A stretch of 64,000 nucleotides of DNA, taken from assembly GCA_910583965.1 (NCBI GenBank), contig CAJUAE010000009.1, positions 911 to 64,910 of the forward strand, given 5' to 3'. Under the pieces are notes generated by a model. The model was not told the DNA's origin, searched no databases, and saw only the letters and a program-made list of their open reading frames with translations. The position numbers were made by a program, and so were the translations under genes. Below are positions 25,438-33,710 of the stretch, one piece after another (position 1 is the first letter of the stretch; each line of letters begins with the position of its first letter). Origin of the DNA: an uncultured Lachnospiraceae bacterium. GTDB lineage: Bacteria > Bacillota > Clostridia > Lachnospirales > Lachnospiraceae.

Positions 25438-26970
25438 GTGAATATTAAGCAGGCAAAAGAGCATATTAAAAATTCTGTAAAATTGTATTTGAAAAAAGAT
25501 GTGTATGGAGAGTATCGGATTCCTGTAGTGCGTCAACGCCCTATATTTCTTTTGGGTTCTCCGGGAATAGGGAAGACTGCCATTATGGAGCAGATTGCAC
25601 AGGAACTAGGAATTGCCGTGGTGAGCTATTCCATGACACATCATACAAGACAGTCCGCGCTGGGGCTTCCTTTTATTACACATAAAAGTTATAAAGGGTT
25701 GGAATTTGATATTTCGGAATATACAATGAGTGAGATTATTGCTTCTATCTATGAAGTGATGGAACAGTCTGGTATTGAGGAGGGAATTTTATTTCTGGAT
25801 GAGATTAACTGTGTGTCGGAGACGCTTGCACCGTCGATGTTACAGTTTTTGCAGTACAAAGTTTTTGGAAAGCATAGAGTTCCAGAAGGGTGGGTGATTG
25901 TCACAGCAGGAAATCCGCCTGAGTACAATAAATCTGTGCGTGAATTTGACGTGGTGACAATGGACCGCATGAAGTTGGTTGAGGTGGAGGCTGACTATGC
26001 AACGTGGAAGGAATATGCTTTAAAACAGGGAATACACAATGCAGTTACTACTTATCTTGACATGAAAAAGAATGATTTTTACCGTGTGGAAACAAATGTT
26101 GGTGGTAAGTCTTATGTGACAGCAAGAGGATGGGAAGATTTATCTGCTATGATGCTTTTGTGCGAGGAGGAAGGCATTGTGGTGGATGAGACACTTGTCG
26201 CGCAATACCTTCATAATGATAAGATTGTTAGAGAGTTTACAGCATATTACGAGCTGTACAATAAATATAAAAAAGATTACAAAGTGGAAGAAATTCTGGA
26301 AGGCACTAATTCCGCGCAGGTTGTGGAGCGCGCAAGAATTGCGAAATTTGATGAGCGTTTATCATTGCTTGGAATGCTTTTAGACAAGCTAGAGAGTGAG
26401 ATGAAAGAAAATCTTGAGAAATCGGACTATCTGACAGAACTTATGAAATTACTCAAAGCAATACGATTGTCCTATGAGAAAAAACAAGAAAAAGATACAG
26501 AACTTTTTTTAGATATTTCTTCGATGCTGCAAGTGCAAGTAGAGAATCGGGAGAAAATAATTTGTTCTATGACAAATGCAGGTACGCTGTCAAATGAAGA
26601 AAAGAGAAAACACAGAGCTATTATTCGTTTTCTAACAGAACAGGAAAAAGCACTTCGATTGCAAAGTAATGCAGATTCAACGAAGGCATTTGGTCTTTTG
26701 AAGGCTGCGTTTGATACAGAGACAATGCAATTAAAAGAAGAAAATAGCAGGATACAAAAAAGACTGCACAACTTATTTGTTTTTAGTGAGACTGCATTTA
26801 TGGATGGAAATGAAGTACTTGTTTTAGTAACAGAGTTGACGGTCAATGCTTACAGTGCACGTTTTATCGCTCTGTATGGAAGTGAGGATTATCACAGGCA
26901 CAATGAGGACTTGATGTTGCACGAGCGTCAAGACGATATTATGAAGGAAATTAACGCGCTGGAGTTGTAG
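25438..26970 (+). CDS. MoxR-like AAA+ ATPase with ~220-aa C-terminal coiled-coil-rich extension
   Basis: Walker A LLGSPGIGKTA, Walker B ILFLDEIN, and VTAGNP (sensor 1 region). GTG 25438 lies 7 nt after AAGGGAG. Confidence 0.85.
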   Translation: MNIKQAKEHIKNSVKLYLKKDVYGEYRIPVVRQRPIFLLGSPGIGKTAIMEQIAQELGIAVVSYSMTHHTRQSALGLPFITHKSYKGLEFDISEYTMSEIIASIYEVMEQSGIEEGILFLDEINCVSETLAPSMLQFLQYKVFGKHRVPEGWVIVTAGNPPEYNKSVREFDVVTMDRMKLVEVEADYATWKEYALKQGIHNAVTTYLDMKKNDFYRVETNVGGKSYVTARGWEDLSAMMLLCEEEGIVVDETLVAQYLHNDKIVREFTAYYELYNKYKKDYKVEEILEGTNSAQVVERARIAKFDERLSLLGMLLDKLESEMKENLEKSDYLTELMKLLKAIRLSYEKKQEKDTELFLDISSMLQVQVENREKIICSMTNAGTLSNEEKRKHRAIIRFLTEQEKALRLQSNADSTKAFGLLKAAFDTETMQLKEENSRIQKRLHNLFVFSETAFMDGNEVLVLVTELTVNAYSARFIALYGSEDYHRHNEDLMLHERQDDIMKEINALEL

Positions 26971-27040
26971 GAAGTGTGCATTATATGATACTGCGTGGCA
27001 GCCTTTTTGAATGCAATAAATAATTCTGGAGAAATACTAT

Positions 27041-27988
27041 ATGAATGATGATAGGAAAACAGACAAGTTAATAGAAAATTTGGGTGATGGTGGAGGGCAA
27101 CTTATGTTTAGGCCATACAAGGAGGGATATATTCTCAAACAGTATCATGGTATTGGCGTAACAGTGATACTTCCGCCGCAGATAGAAGATAGGAAAGTGC
27201 TTGGCGTAGAACGCAAGGCTTTTCTAAGTTGTAAGACTGTTCGCAGCGTCATACTTCCAGATACCATAGAAGAAATTGGAGATTGGGCATTTGCCCATAT
27301 GGAACAACTTAGAACTATCACAATACCATATCATGTTCTAAATCGTGGAAAAGAACTTTTTCTGGGTTGCAGACGGTTGCGAGAGATTGTATTAAATGGA
27401 ACAGAGGAAGAACGCGCGTTACGTACATCACAGGGGATTGGCAGAATGTTAGCATTGGCAGTTACAATTTTACATGACTACTTTTTGTTTGACCCGACAA
27501 ATGTGGGGAAAGATGAATGGGTGAAACGCTGGGATGAAAAATTGCTTGCATTGCTTGCGTTGGATGACTTAGACGGTTTTGAAGAACTGTGGACTTGTGG
27601 GGAAGAAGACTATGAGGGAAAGGATTACGATATTAAATCGTATCCCGTGGAAAAACGCAAAATGAAGTTGCGCGTGGTCTATTTTCGACTGCTACATGCT
27701 TACAAATTGTCTGATATTGTCAAAGATACACTTATGGCGTATTTGTGTAGACATACAAAAGGCACAGATGCGCCTGAGGCATGGGAAGTTATTGTGGAAG
27801 AACATCGCAGTGAACTTGATTATTATCGGATTTTTGCGGAGGCAGGGTGTATAACAGAAGATAATTTTGCAGATCTTTTAGAAGATATTAAAGGCAGTGA
27901 TGCCGAGATCAAAGCATTTTTGCTGCGCTACAAAGAAGAACATTTTGACAGGAAAGATGCGTTTGCAGCATTTGATTTAATGTGGTGA
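27041..27988 (+). CDS. cytoplasmic BspA-type leucine-rich-repeat (LRR_5) protein
   Basis: FLSCKTVRSVILPDTIEEIGDWAFAHMEQLRTITIP...LFLGCRRLREIVL repeats; no signal peptide. Confidence 0.7.
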   Translation: MNDDRKTDKLIENLGDGGGQLMFRPYKEGYILKQYHGIGVTVILPPQIEDRKVLGVERKAFLSCKTVRSVILPDTIEEIGDWAFAHMEQLRTITIPYHVLNRGKELFLGCRRLREIVLNGTEEERALRTSQGIGRMLALAVTILHDYFLFDPTNVGKDEWVKRWDEKLLALLALDDLDGFEELWTCGEEDYEGKDYDIKSYPVEKRKMKLRVVYFRLLHAYKLSDIVKDTLMAYLCRHTKGTDAPEAWEVIVEEHRSELDYYRIFAEAGCITEDNFADLLEDIKGSDAEIKAFLLRYKEEHFDRKDAFAAFDLMW

Positions 27989-28078
27989 AAAAGATTTGCT
28001 TTTCGTTTAATAATTAATTCTATCAAAGTTTTCTATAAAGGAATAAGGAACCGTTGTAAAATTTGACAATTGTATAAT

Positions 28079-28287
28079 ATGATACCAGGGTCAAAAGGTC
28101 AAGAAATCCGATGCAAGCTTGCTTGCAAGAGGATTTTTGAACTTGGGACCCGCAAAAACACCGAAAAGTAGCCATTTTTCACAGAAAAATGAGCGAATTT
28201 GAGGTGTTTTAGGATTGCGGGAGCATGAAATGCGGAGCAATCCGTGGTATCATAAAAGGTAAAATACCTTTTTGCCCCTGGTATCAT
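28079..28287. mobile_element. 209-bp MITE with ~20-bp terminal inverted repeats
   Basis: ATGATACCAGGGTCAAAAGGT at the left end; the reverse complement of the right end is ATGATACCAGGGGCAAAAAGGT. Internal palindrome GCAAGCTTGC. A partial copy lies at 7717-7793. Confidence 0.75.
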
Positions 28288-28379
28288 AATATATGGTTAA
28301 AATATCACTACTATCTATACCATATATTGCCTGCATACGTCATTTTACAATGGTTCCTTTATATACACACTATCGGCTA

Positions 28380-29606
28380 TTATTTTTTGTAGAGTGTGGT
28401 CAGGTGTTCAACTACTGCTTCTTTGATTTCATTTTGTGCTATATAGCCTTCGCCGTTAGTCTCCTTCATCTGCGTTACAGATTCTTCGCCGTATTGTTCT
28501 GTCATCTCAGCATAAACGGATTCCATATCAATGGTCAGACCAGCGTCTTCAAATAATGCTTGATAGACCATTGCATTTTTGGCATCTTCTTTGGCACGTT
28601 CCCTAAGTTCCAACTCATAGGACAACTCATCTGAAACATCATCATCCCTTAAATCCCACAGATTTTCATACATAGAAAAACCATAGTAGGCCGGCATTTG
28701 CTCATAGGAGGCAAGCATTTGCTCGTCATTGTATTTTAGGAGTGCCCGCATCGTTTTTAAATATTGAGAGGGATAAGATTTTACAGTGGAATTTTCCAAA
28801 ATATAATTGGTTAAAAACTCTTTAAGATGCTGTTCGTAAAAATTATTTTCAACAAACGCGCGATATTCCGCAGCGGTGGTAACACCTTCCTCGGTAATAT
28901 TTTTTGCGACAAATTCATCTGTAAGTTCCGGCGTTATATTAATACTATTGATTGTGACTGCAAAGCTTGCGTCTTTACCTGCAACATCTTCACCGTCGTA
29001 ATCCGCTGGAAATGTTACTTCTACAGTTACTTCTTCACCCGGTTTATGTCCAATGAGTTGCTGCTCAAAATCGTCAACAAAGCTGCCAGATCCAATTGTT
29101 AGGTCATAACCTTCACCATTGCTGTTTCCGCCTTCAAATTCAACGCCATCAACAGTTCCCACAAAATCAATGTTCACTTCGTCGCCATCTGCAATTGCGA
29201 TAGATGTGTCAGTGCTGGGTTCTTTGTGTTGTTCTAGGGTAGATTTAATAGAGTCTTCAACTTCCTCTGTTTTTGCTGCAACTTCTTCTTCGGGCACAGA
29301 AATATTGGCGTAATCTGCCAACGTAACAATATCTTTTACATTGACATTTTCAATTTTACCATCTGCGGTAAGCCCGACACTAGGATTTTCTGCGGAGGTT
29401 GTCCGAATTACAACAAGGAAAACACTTTTACCTACTGCGAATAAAATAATTGCTGCTAATACAGCGGCAACTGTGATTGTAATGATTTTTGTTGTGCGTT
29501 TTTGACGCCGATCGCGGGCGACCTCCTTTTTACGTTCTTCACGTTTTGCTTTGCTTTTGCTTATATCAGCATTTTCCGCCGTATTTGTTTTTTTCTCCTT
29601 AGCCAT
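28380..29606 (-). CDS. membrane-anchored trigger-factor-like FKBP-type peptidyl-prolyl isomerase
   Basis: Basic N-terminus plus one TM (IITITVAAVLAAIILFAV). FKBP/TF PPIase block GDEVNIDFVGTVDGVEFEGG...DLTIGSGSFVDDFEQQLIGHKPGE. TF C-terminal-like helical region. Confidence 0.8.
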   Translation of the reverse strand: MAKEKKTNTAENADISKSKAKREERKKEVARDRRQKRTTKIITITVAAVLAAIILFAVGKSVFLVVIRTTSAENPSVGLTADGKIENVNVKDIVTLADYANISVPEEEVAAKTEEVEDSIKSTLEQHKEPSTDTSIAIADGDEVNIDFVGTVDGVEFEGGNSNGEGYDLTIGSGSFVDDFEQQLIGHKPGEEVTVEVTFPADYDGEDVAGKDASFAVTINSINITPELTDEFVAKNITEEGVTTAAEYRAFVENNFYEQHLKEFLTNYILENSTVKSYPSQYLKTMRALLKYNDEQMLASYEQMPAYYGFSMYENLWDLRDDDVSDELSYELELRERAKEDAKNAMVYQALFEDAGLTIDMESVYAEMTEQYGEESVTQMKETNGEGYIAQNEIKEAVVEHLTTLYKK

Positions 29607-29929
29607 TTTGATAACCTATCCTTTCCAATTTAATATTCCTTAGGAACTGTAGAAAAATTACTGATACATCTTGACTTGTCTATTTCTCCGATTATACATG
29701 TCAAAAGCCTTTCCATAGCCGCTGTGACTACGCTTTTTGACATATCTCCTCGAAGAAATATACTGCGTAATTTGTATTATTTATTTTCTTACAATTCCTT
29801 AAAACTGCAAAACCTCATATTAATTTATCACAAAACCGCAAAAAAATAAAGTCTTTGCGATTTAATTCACAAACATTTCTTACTTTAGGAATTGCGATAC
29901 TTGCGACAGATGAAATCTGCTGTGAGTAT

Positions 29930-30062
29930 GTTACTGTTCAGACAGGACTTAGCATCTACTGCTAAGTCCGTGAGAAAACGTACTGGTTGTAAGAAAAAAT
30001 CCATTTGCGAAGCAAATTTTGCATGGATTTTTACCTGTTACTGGAACGGAGTGAACAGTAAC
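29930..30062 (+). repeat. three-hairpin miniature element, copy B2, flanked by 8-bp direct repeat GTGAGTAT
   Basis: H1 29945-29969, H2 29995-30032 (nested TTGC-GAA-GCAA), H3 30037-30062. Termini GTTACTGTTCA / TGAACAGTAAC are inverted repeats. GTGAGTAT at 29922-29929 and 30063-30070. Confidence 0.7.
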
Positions 30063-30100
30063 GTGAGTATCACGCCTTCCTGAATTGTGATTCTTTATTC

Positions 30101-30130
30101 TTGACAAGAATAGACGATTCAGACTATACT
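30101..30130 (+). promoter_or_regulatory. SigA-type promoter TTGACA-18-TATACT
   Basis: TTGACA 30101-30106 and TATACT 30125-30130, about 40 nt upstream of ATG 30172. Confidence 0.5.
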
Positions 30131-30171
30131 GTAATTGAGCAATCATAGAAAGAAAGGAGCATGGATGCAGT

Positions 30172-30600
30172 ATGAATGTAGAGGATATTCCAATACCATC
30201 AATGGCGGCGATTCGTGTAAGTAAAGAAGGTAAATCGGCGCTTTTTGAGACGACAATTATTCAGACAACGGATAATAAATATATATATGCCATGCCAGTT
30301 AGAGTAGATGAAAAGCTTGTAAATTTTGAAGCCAAGGGGCTGTTGAAGGAGATAAAGATAGAGTTTGCGCCATTTGAATTTTATGAGTGGAGAAATATTT
30401 CCATTATTCGGTTTGTCGAAGATGGACGAAGCTATTTAAGAATCCGAACGACGACACCTGGCATTCGGGCAATGGCATGGTCAGATAAGCCCGTAACATC
30501 GACAAAGAAAAAGAAAGAGAGCATTATTAGCGCAGAGGCGCTTGAGGTAATGAATGCAGCGCAGTCAGCCCAGACACAGGCAGGAGGCGAGAATAAGTGA
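30172..30600 (+). CDS. hypothetical cytoplasmic protein, 142 aa
   Basis: RBS AAAGGAG. No family recognised. Confidence 0.6.
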   Translation: MNVEDIPIPSMAAIRVSKEGKSALFETTIIQTTDNKYIYAMPVRVDEKLVNFEAKGLLKEIKIEFAPFEFYEWRNISIIRFVEDGRSYLRIRTTTPGIRAMAWSDKPVTSTKKKKESIISAEALEVMNAAQSAQTQAGGENK

Positions 30601-30998
30601 AGAAAATGGCGATTATTGCGGCAGCAGTGGCAGGTAGTGTGCTGACAGCCGGAAATATGAGTGGCTGCGGTGGAGCACAGACAAACAATCCAGATTCCTA
30701 TGTGGGCGGTGTCGTTAATGAGATTACAACACAGGCGGTCGATGAACTAAGGAAAGCTTTTACCAGCGAGGTCAGTGATTTTTTTGCTAATGATGATCTT
30801 GCAAAATCCCTTGGTATTAGCGCTGAAGAACAAGGTCAAATTGAGGATTCGATTAAAACTTACATTCGCGATTACAATATGGATGAGGAGAAGTTGCGTG
30901 AGGCAAAAGAATCGCTTGAACAGCTTCTTAAAAATGCAAAAGACTTTTCGGCAGATGAATTACAGGGAAAGATATCAGAAGTTTTTGGTGGAGAATAA
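30597..30998 (+). CDS. small lipoprotein, 133 aa
   Basis: GTG 30597 overlaps the upstream stop (GTGA) and lies 9 nt after AGGAGG. Signal peptide with lipobox-like NMSGC. Confidence 0.6.
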   Translation: MKKMAIIAAAVAGSVLTAGNMSGCGGAQTNNPDSYVGGVVNEITTQAVDELRKAFTSEVSDFFANDDLAKSLGISAEEQGQIEDSIKTYIRDYNMDEEKLREAKESLEQLLKNAKDFSADELQGKISEVFGGE

Positions 30999-31012
30999 GA
31001 GAGATTAAAAAT

Positions 31013-31052
31013 CGTGTGTAAAGAGCTTACTTCTTTGCACGCGGTTTTCTTT
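31013..31052 (+). terminator. intrinsic terminator
   Basis: CGTGTGTAAAGA...TCTTTGCACGCG (with G-U pairs) followed by GTTTTCTTTT. Confidence 0.65.
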
Positions 31053-31060
31053 TATGCACA

Positions 31061-31146
31061 GACCCATGCAGAGGAAATAAGCCGCTAAGGCGGCGCACGG
31101 GTCGTGCGGCGAGTAGGGGAAGCAACCTTCCCTACTCGATTGCACA
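31061..31146 (+). mobile_element. two-hairpin miniature insertion, copy A2 (best preserved)
   Basis: Left hairpin 31061-31103 and right hairpin 31110-31138 (CGAGTAGGGGAAG-CAAC-CTTCCCTACTCG). TGCACA at 31055-31060 and 31141-31146. Confidence 0.75.
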
Positions 31147-31427
31147 CGGACACCCAAGTAAAATTTATTAGTTTCTGCTGACAGGTGCTCAGTGCGCGAA
31201 CGCGGAAAGAAAAATATAACTAAAGTTGCCTATACTGAAAAATATATAATAGGAAAAAATTCCTGGATTTGATTGTTTTTTATTGTCTAATTGGTCAACA
31301 TAACTAAAAAGTTATGTAAATTTGCACAATTTGGAAAATAAGCATTGATTTATAAAAATACATATGCTACTATTTATAAAAAGTAAATAAACTTGGAAAG
31401 GAATAAGATTTAAGTATTTTTCACAAT

Positions 31428-31469
31428 TTATCCACAAAATACCAATATTGGTGGATAAGAAGTGGATAA
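31428..31469. promoter_or_regulatory. cluster of three DnaA boxes
   Basis: TTATCCACA (31428-31436, perfect consensus); GGTGGATAA (31450-31458) and AGTGGATAA (31461-31469), each one mismatch from TGTGGATAA. Flanked by a very AT-rich stretch. Confidence 0.6.
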
Positions 31470-31740
31470 AGTTGTTTATTTACATAATACTAAGGATGAT
31501 TAGGTTTCTGCGCCGGAAACATTGTGGGAGAGAATGACCGGGAATGAGACTGATCATATATCGCTTTGATTCATCTGATGGTACAAATGGTACCAGAGGC
31601 ACCTTGACAACATAAGTAAAATAATTAATAGGATTATTGTCTGGGATATATACCAAAAACTACTCAGGTCGGAATCATTTGGATGGAGCAGGTTATCGGG
31701 AGTATATTCCATGAAAAAGGGTTGAAAGGGGAACAATAAC

Positions 31741-31956
31741 ATGTTAGTAGCGAAAAGAGAAGTATCTGAGAGAATTGATATTTTAAACAAGAAGCCTATG
31801 ATTCGGAAAAATCAGTCTACTGGAGAGATGGTTGCGGGATTTCTGGATCCTATAACAGGGGCTTTTGAGGTAGCTATGGAGATCAACGATGAGAGGGATA
31901 TTGATGCGTTCCTTGATGAGTATGACCTTTCTGTCGTGATGATCTCAAAAATGTAA
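31741..31956 (+). CDS. hypothetical small protein, 71 aa
   Basis: ATG behind GAAAGGGGAA. No family recognised. Confidence 0.5.
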   Translation: MLVAKREVSERIDILNKKPMIRKNQSTGEMVAGFLDPITGAFEVAMEINDERDIDAFLDEYDLSVVMISKM

Positions 31957-32093
31957 CGTTCAAAAAAGAGAAAAGAAAAATAATTTCATATGCATAAAGG
32001 TGCAGAAAAGCGTTGTTAGAGTAGCTTGGCACCTGAGATAGTGGGCGGACAAAGATCTGCCTAAATGCAGGGGTGGCAATCAAAGCAAAAGAG

Positions 32094-32127
32094 ACGGGGG
32101 CAGATGGGACTGCTCCCGTTTTCTTTG
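32094..32127 (+). terminator. intrinsic terminator
   Basis: ACGGGGGCAG-ATGGGA-CTGCTCCCGT followed by TTTCTTTG. Confidence 0.65.
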
Positions 32128-32173
32128 ACTCTATTCGATATTTTCATTGAATTACAGCAGAAGGGGTGTTATT

Positions 32174-33100
32174 ATGGAAAGGAAAGATTTTTATATTCCG
32201 TCGCGGGATGGTGTGCATAAATTGCATGTAGTGCTTTGGGAGCCAGATATGGCACCGAGGGCTGTTGTACAGATTTCCCATGGTATGACGGAAATGATTG
32301 ACAGATATGAAGATTTTGCGTTGTTTTTGACTTGCAATGGTTATGCTGTGATTGGAAATGACCATTTGGGGCATGGTTTGACTGCTGGAAATGATAGTGA
32401 TTTGGGATATTTTTGTCCCAAAAATATGAGTGCCACAGTTGTTGCAGATTTACACAGAGTTACGAAATATGCGAAGAAAAAGTATAAGAAGATTCCCTAT
32501 TTTTTGCTGGGGCACAGCATGGGGTCTTTTATGGCAAGAAGATATATTATGACTTATGGAATGGACTTAGATGGGGCAATCCTCTGTGGAACAGGAAGGA
32601 AAAGCCACTTGATTTTGATGGTTGGAGAACTGGTATCAAATATACAGCGCGCATTGTTTGGAGATCGTTTTCGCTCTAGATTATTAAGGAAAAGTGCATT
32701 TGGTGGCTATTTAAAAAGGATTTCAAAACCGCGCACGGAAAGCGACTGGCTGACACGGGACGAAAAAATTGTGGATTTTTGTAGAGGGAATAAATATTGT
32801 AGTTTTTCCTTTACAATAAATGGTTACAGAACAATGTTTGATGTGCTGCAATTTATCCAAAATAAACGCAATATTAATCGGATTCCCAAAGAGCTACCAC
32901 TCTTTTTTATTGCAGGTGGCGAGGACCCAGTTGGGCATTATGGAAAAGATGTGCAAAAGATATCAGCATCGTATAAAAAAGCTGGCGTGGACATGGTGTC
33001 TGTAAAAATATACCCGCAGGACAGGCATGAAATTTTAAATGAATTGGATAGAAATCAAGTTTATCAAGATGTGATTTCGTGGCTGAATGTACTGTCATAA
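32174..33100 (+). CDS. alpha/beta hydrolase (lysophospholipase/monoacylglycerol-lipase-like)
   Basis: HGMTEMIDRYEDF and the nucleophile elbow GHSMGS. ATG 32174 behind GAAGGGG. Confidence 0.85.
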   Translation: MERKDFYIPSRDGVHKLHVVLWEPDMAPRAVVQISHGMTEMIDRYEDFALFLTCNGYAVIGNDHLGHGLTAGNDSDLGYFCPKNMSATVVADLHRVTKYAKKKYKKIPYFLLGHSMGSFMARRYIMTYGMDLDGAILCGTGRKSHLILMVGELVSNIQRALFGDRFRSRLLRKSAFGGYLKRISKPRTESDWLTRDEKIVDFCRGNKYCSFSFTINGYRTMFDVLQFIQNKRNINRIPKELPLFFIAGGEDPVGHYGKDVQKISASYKKAGVDMVSVKIYPQDRHEILNELDRNQVYQDVISWLNVLS

Positions 33101-33168
33101 AAAGATATGCGACTTACAATGATTTGGAGGTCGTGTGATGTCAGTGTCCTAAGGGGGGATTATGTGTG

Positions 33169-33687
33169 ATGGGCAACAGGTTGACGAAAGAAGAACGCTA
33201 TATGCGAGAGGCTGTCAAACAAGCAAAAAAGGCATATGCGCTCGGTGAGGTGCCGATTGGCTGTATCATTGTATATGAAAATAAAATTATAGGGCGTGGT
33301 TATAATCGGCGCAACACAGATAAAAATACGCTTGCACATGCAGAGATTACAGCGATTCGCAAGGCAAGCAAAGTGATAGGGGACTGGCGACTAGAAGGGT
33401 GTACAATGTATGTCACTCTTGAGCCTTGTCAGATGTGTGCAGGTGCAATTGTACAAGCGCGTATTTCTCGGGTAGTAATGGCATGTATGAACCCAAAGGC
33501 AGGGTGTGCAGGGTCTGTTCTAAATATTCTTGACATGCCCGCATTTAATCACCAAGTGGAGATTGTACAAGGGATTTTAGAAGAAGAATGTTCCCAGATG
33601 TTGAAAGTCTTCTTTAAGGAGTTGCGTGTCCGAAACAAAACAGAAAAGGAACGGTTACGGTCCGAGAATATCACAACAATAAAATGA
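33169..33687 (+). CDS. tadA: tRNA-specific adenosine deaminase
   Basis: CDA zinc motifs HAEITAIRKA and TLEPCQMCAGAI. Confidence 0.92.
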   Translation: MGNRLTKEERYMREAVKQAKKAYALGEVPIGCIIVYENKIIGRGYNRRNTDKNTLAHAEITAIRKASKVIGDWRLEGCTMYVTLEPCQMCAGAIVQARISRVVMACMNPKAGCAGSVLNILDMPAFNHQVEIVQGILEEECSQMLKVFFKELRVRNKTEKERLRSENITTIK

Positions 33688-33710
33688 GCAAAAGCGGAGG
33701 CATTAAATTT

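Noticed and set aside
31200-31470. The DnaA-box cluster plus AT-rich tract as the chromosomal origin oriC
   Set aside because: There are only three boxes and no dnaA, dnaN, rpmH or gyrB nearby. The flanking genes are not the conserved origin neighbourhood. It is kept as a secondary DnaA-box cluster or regulatory site instead.
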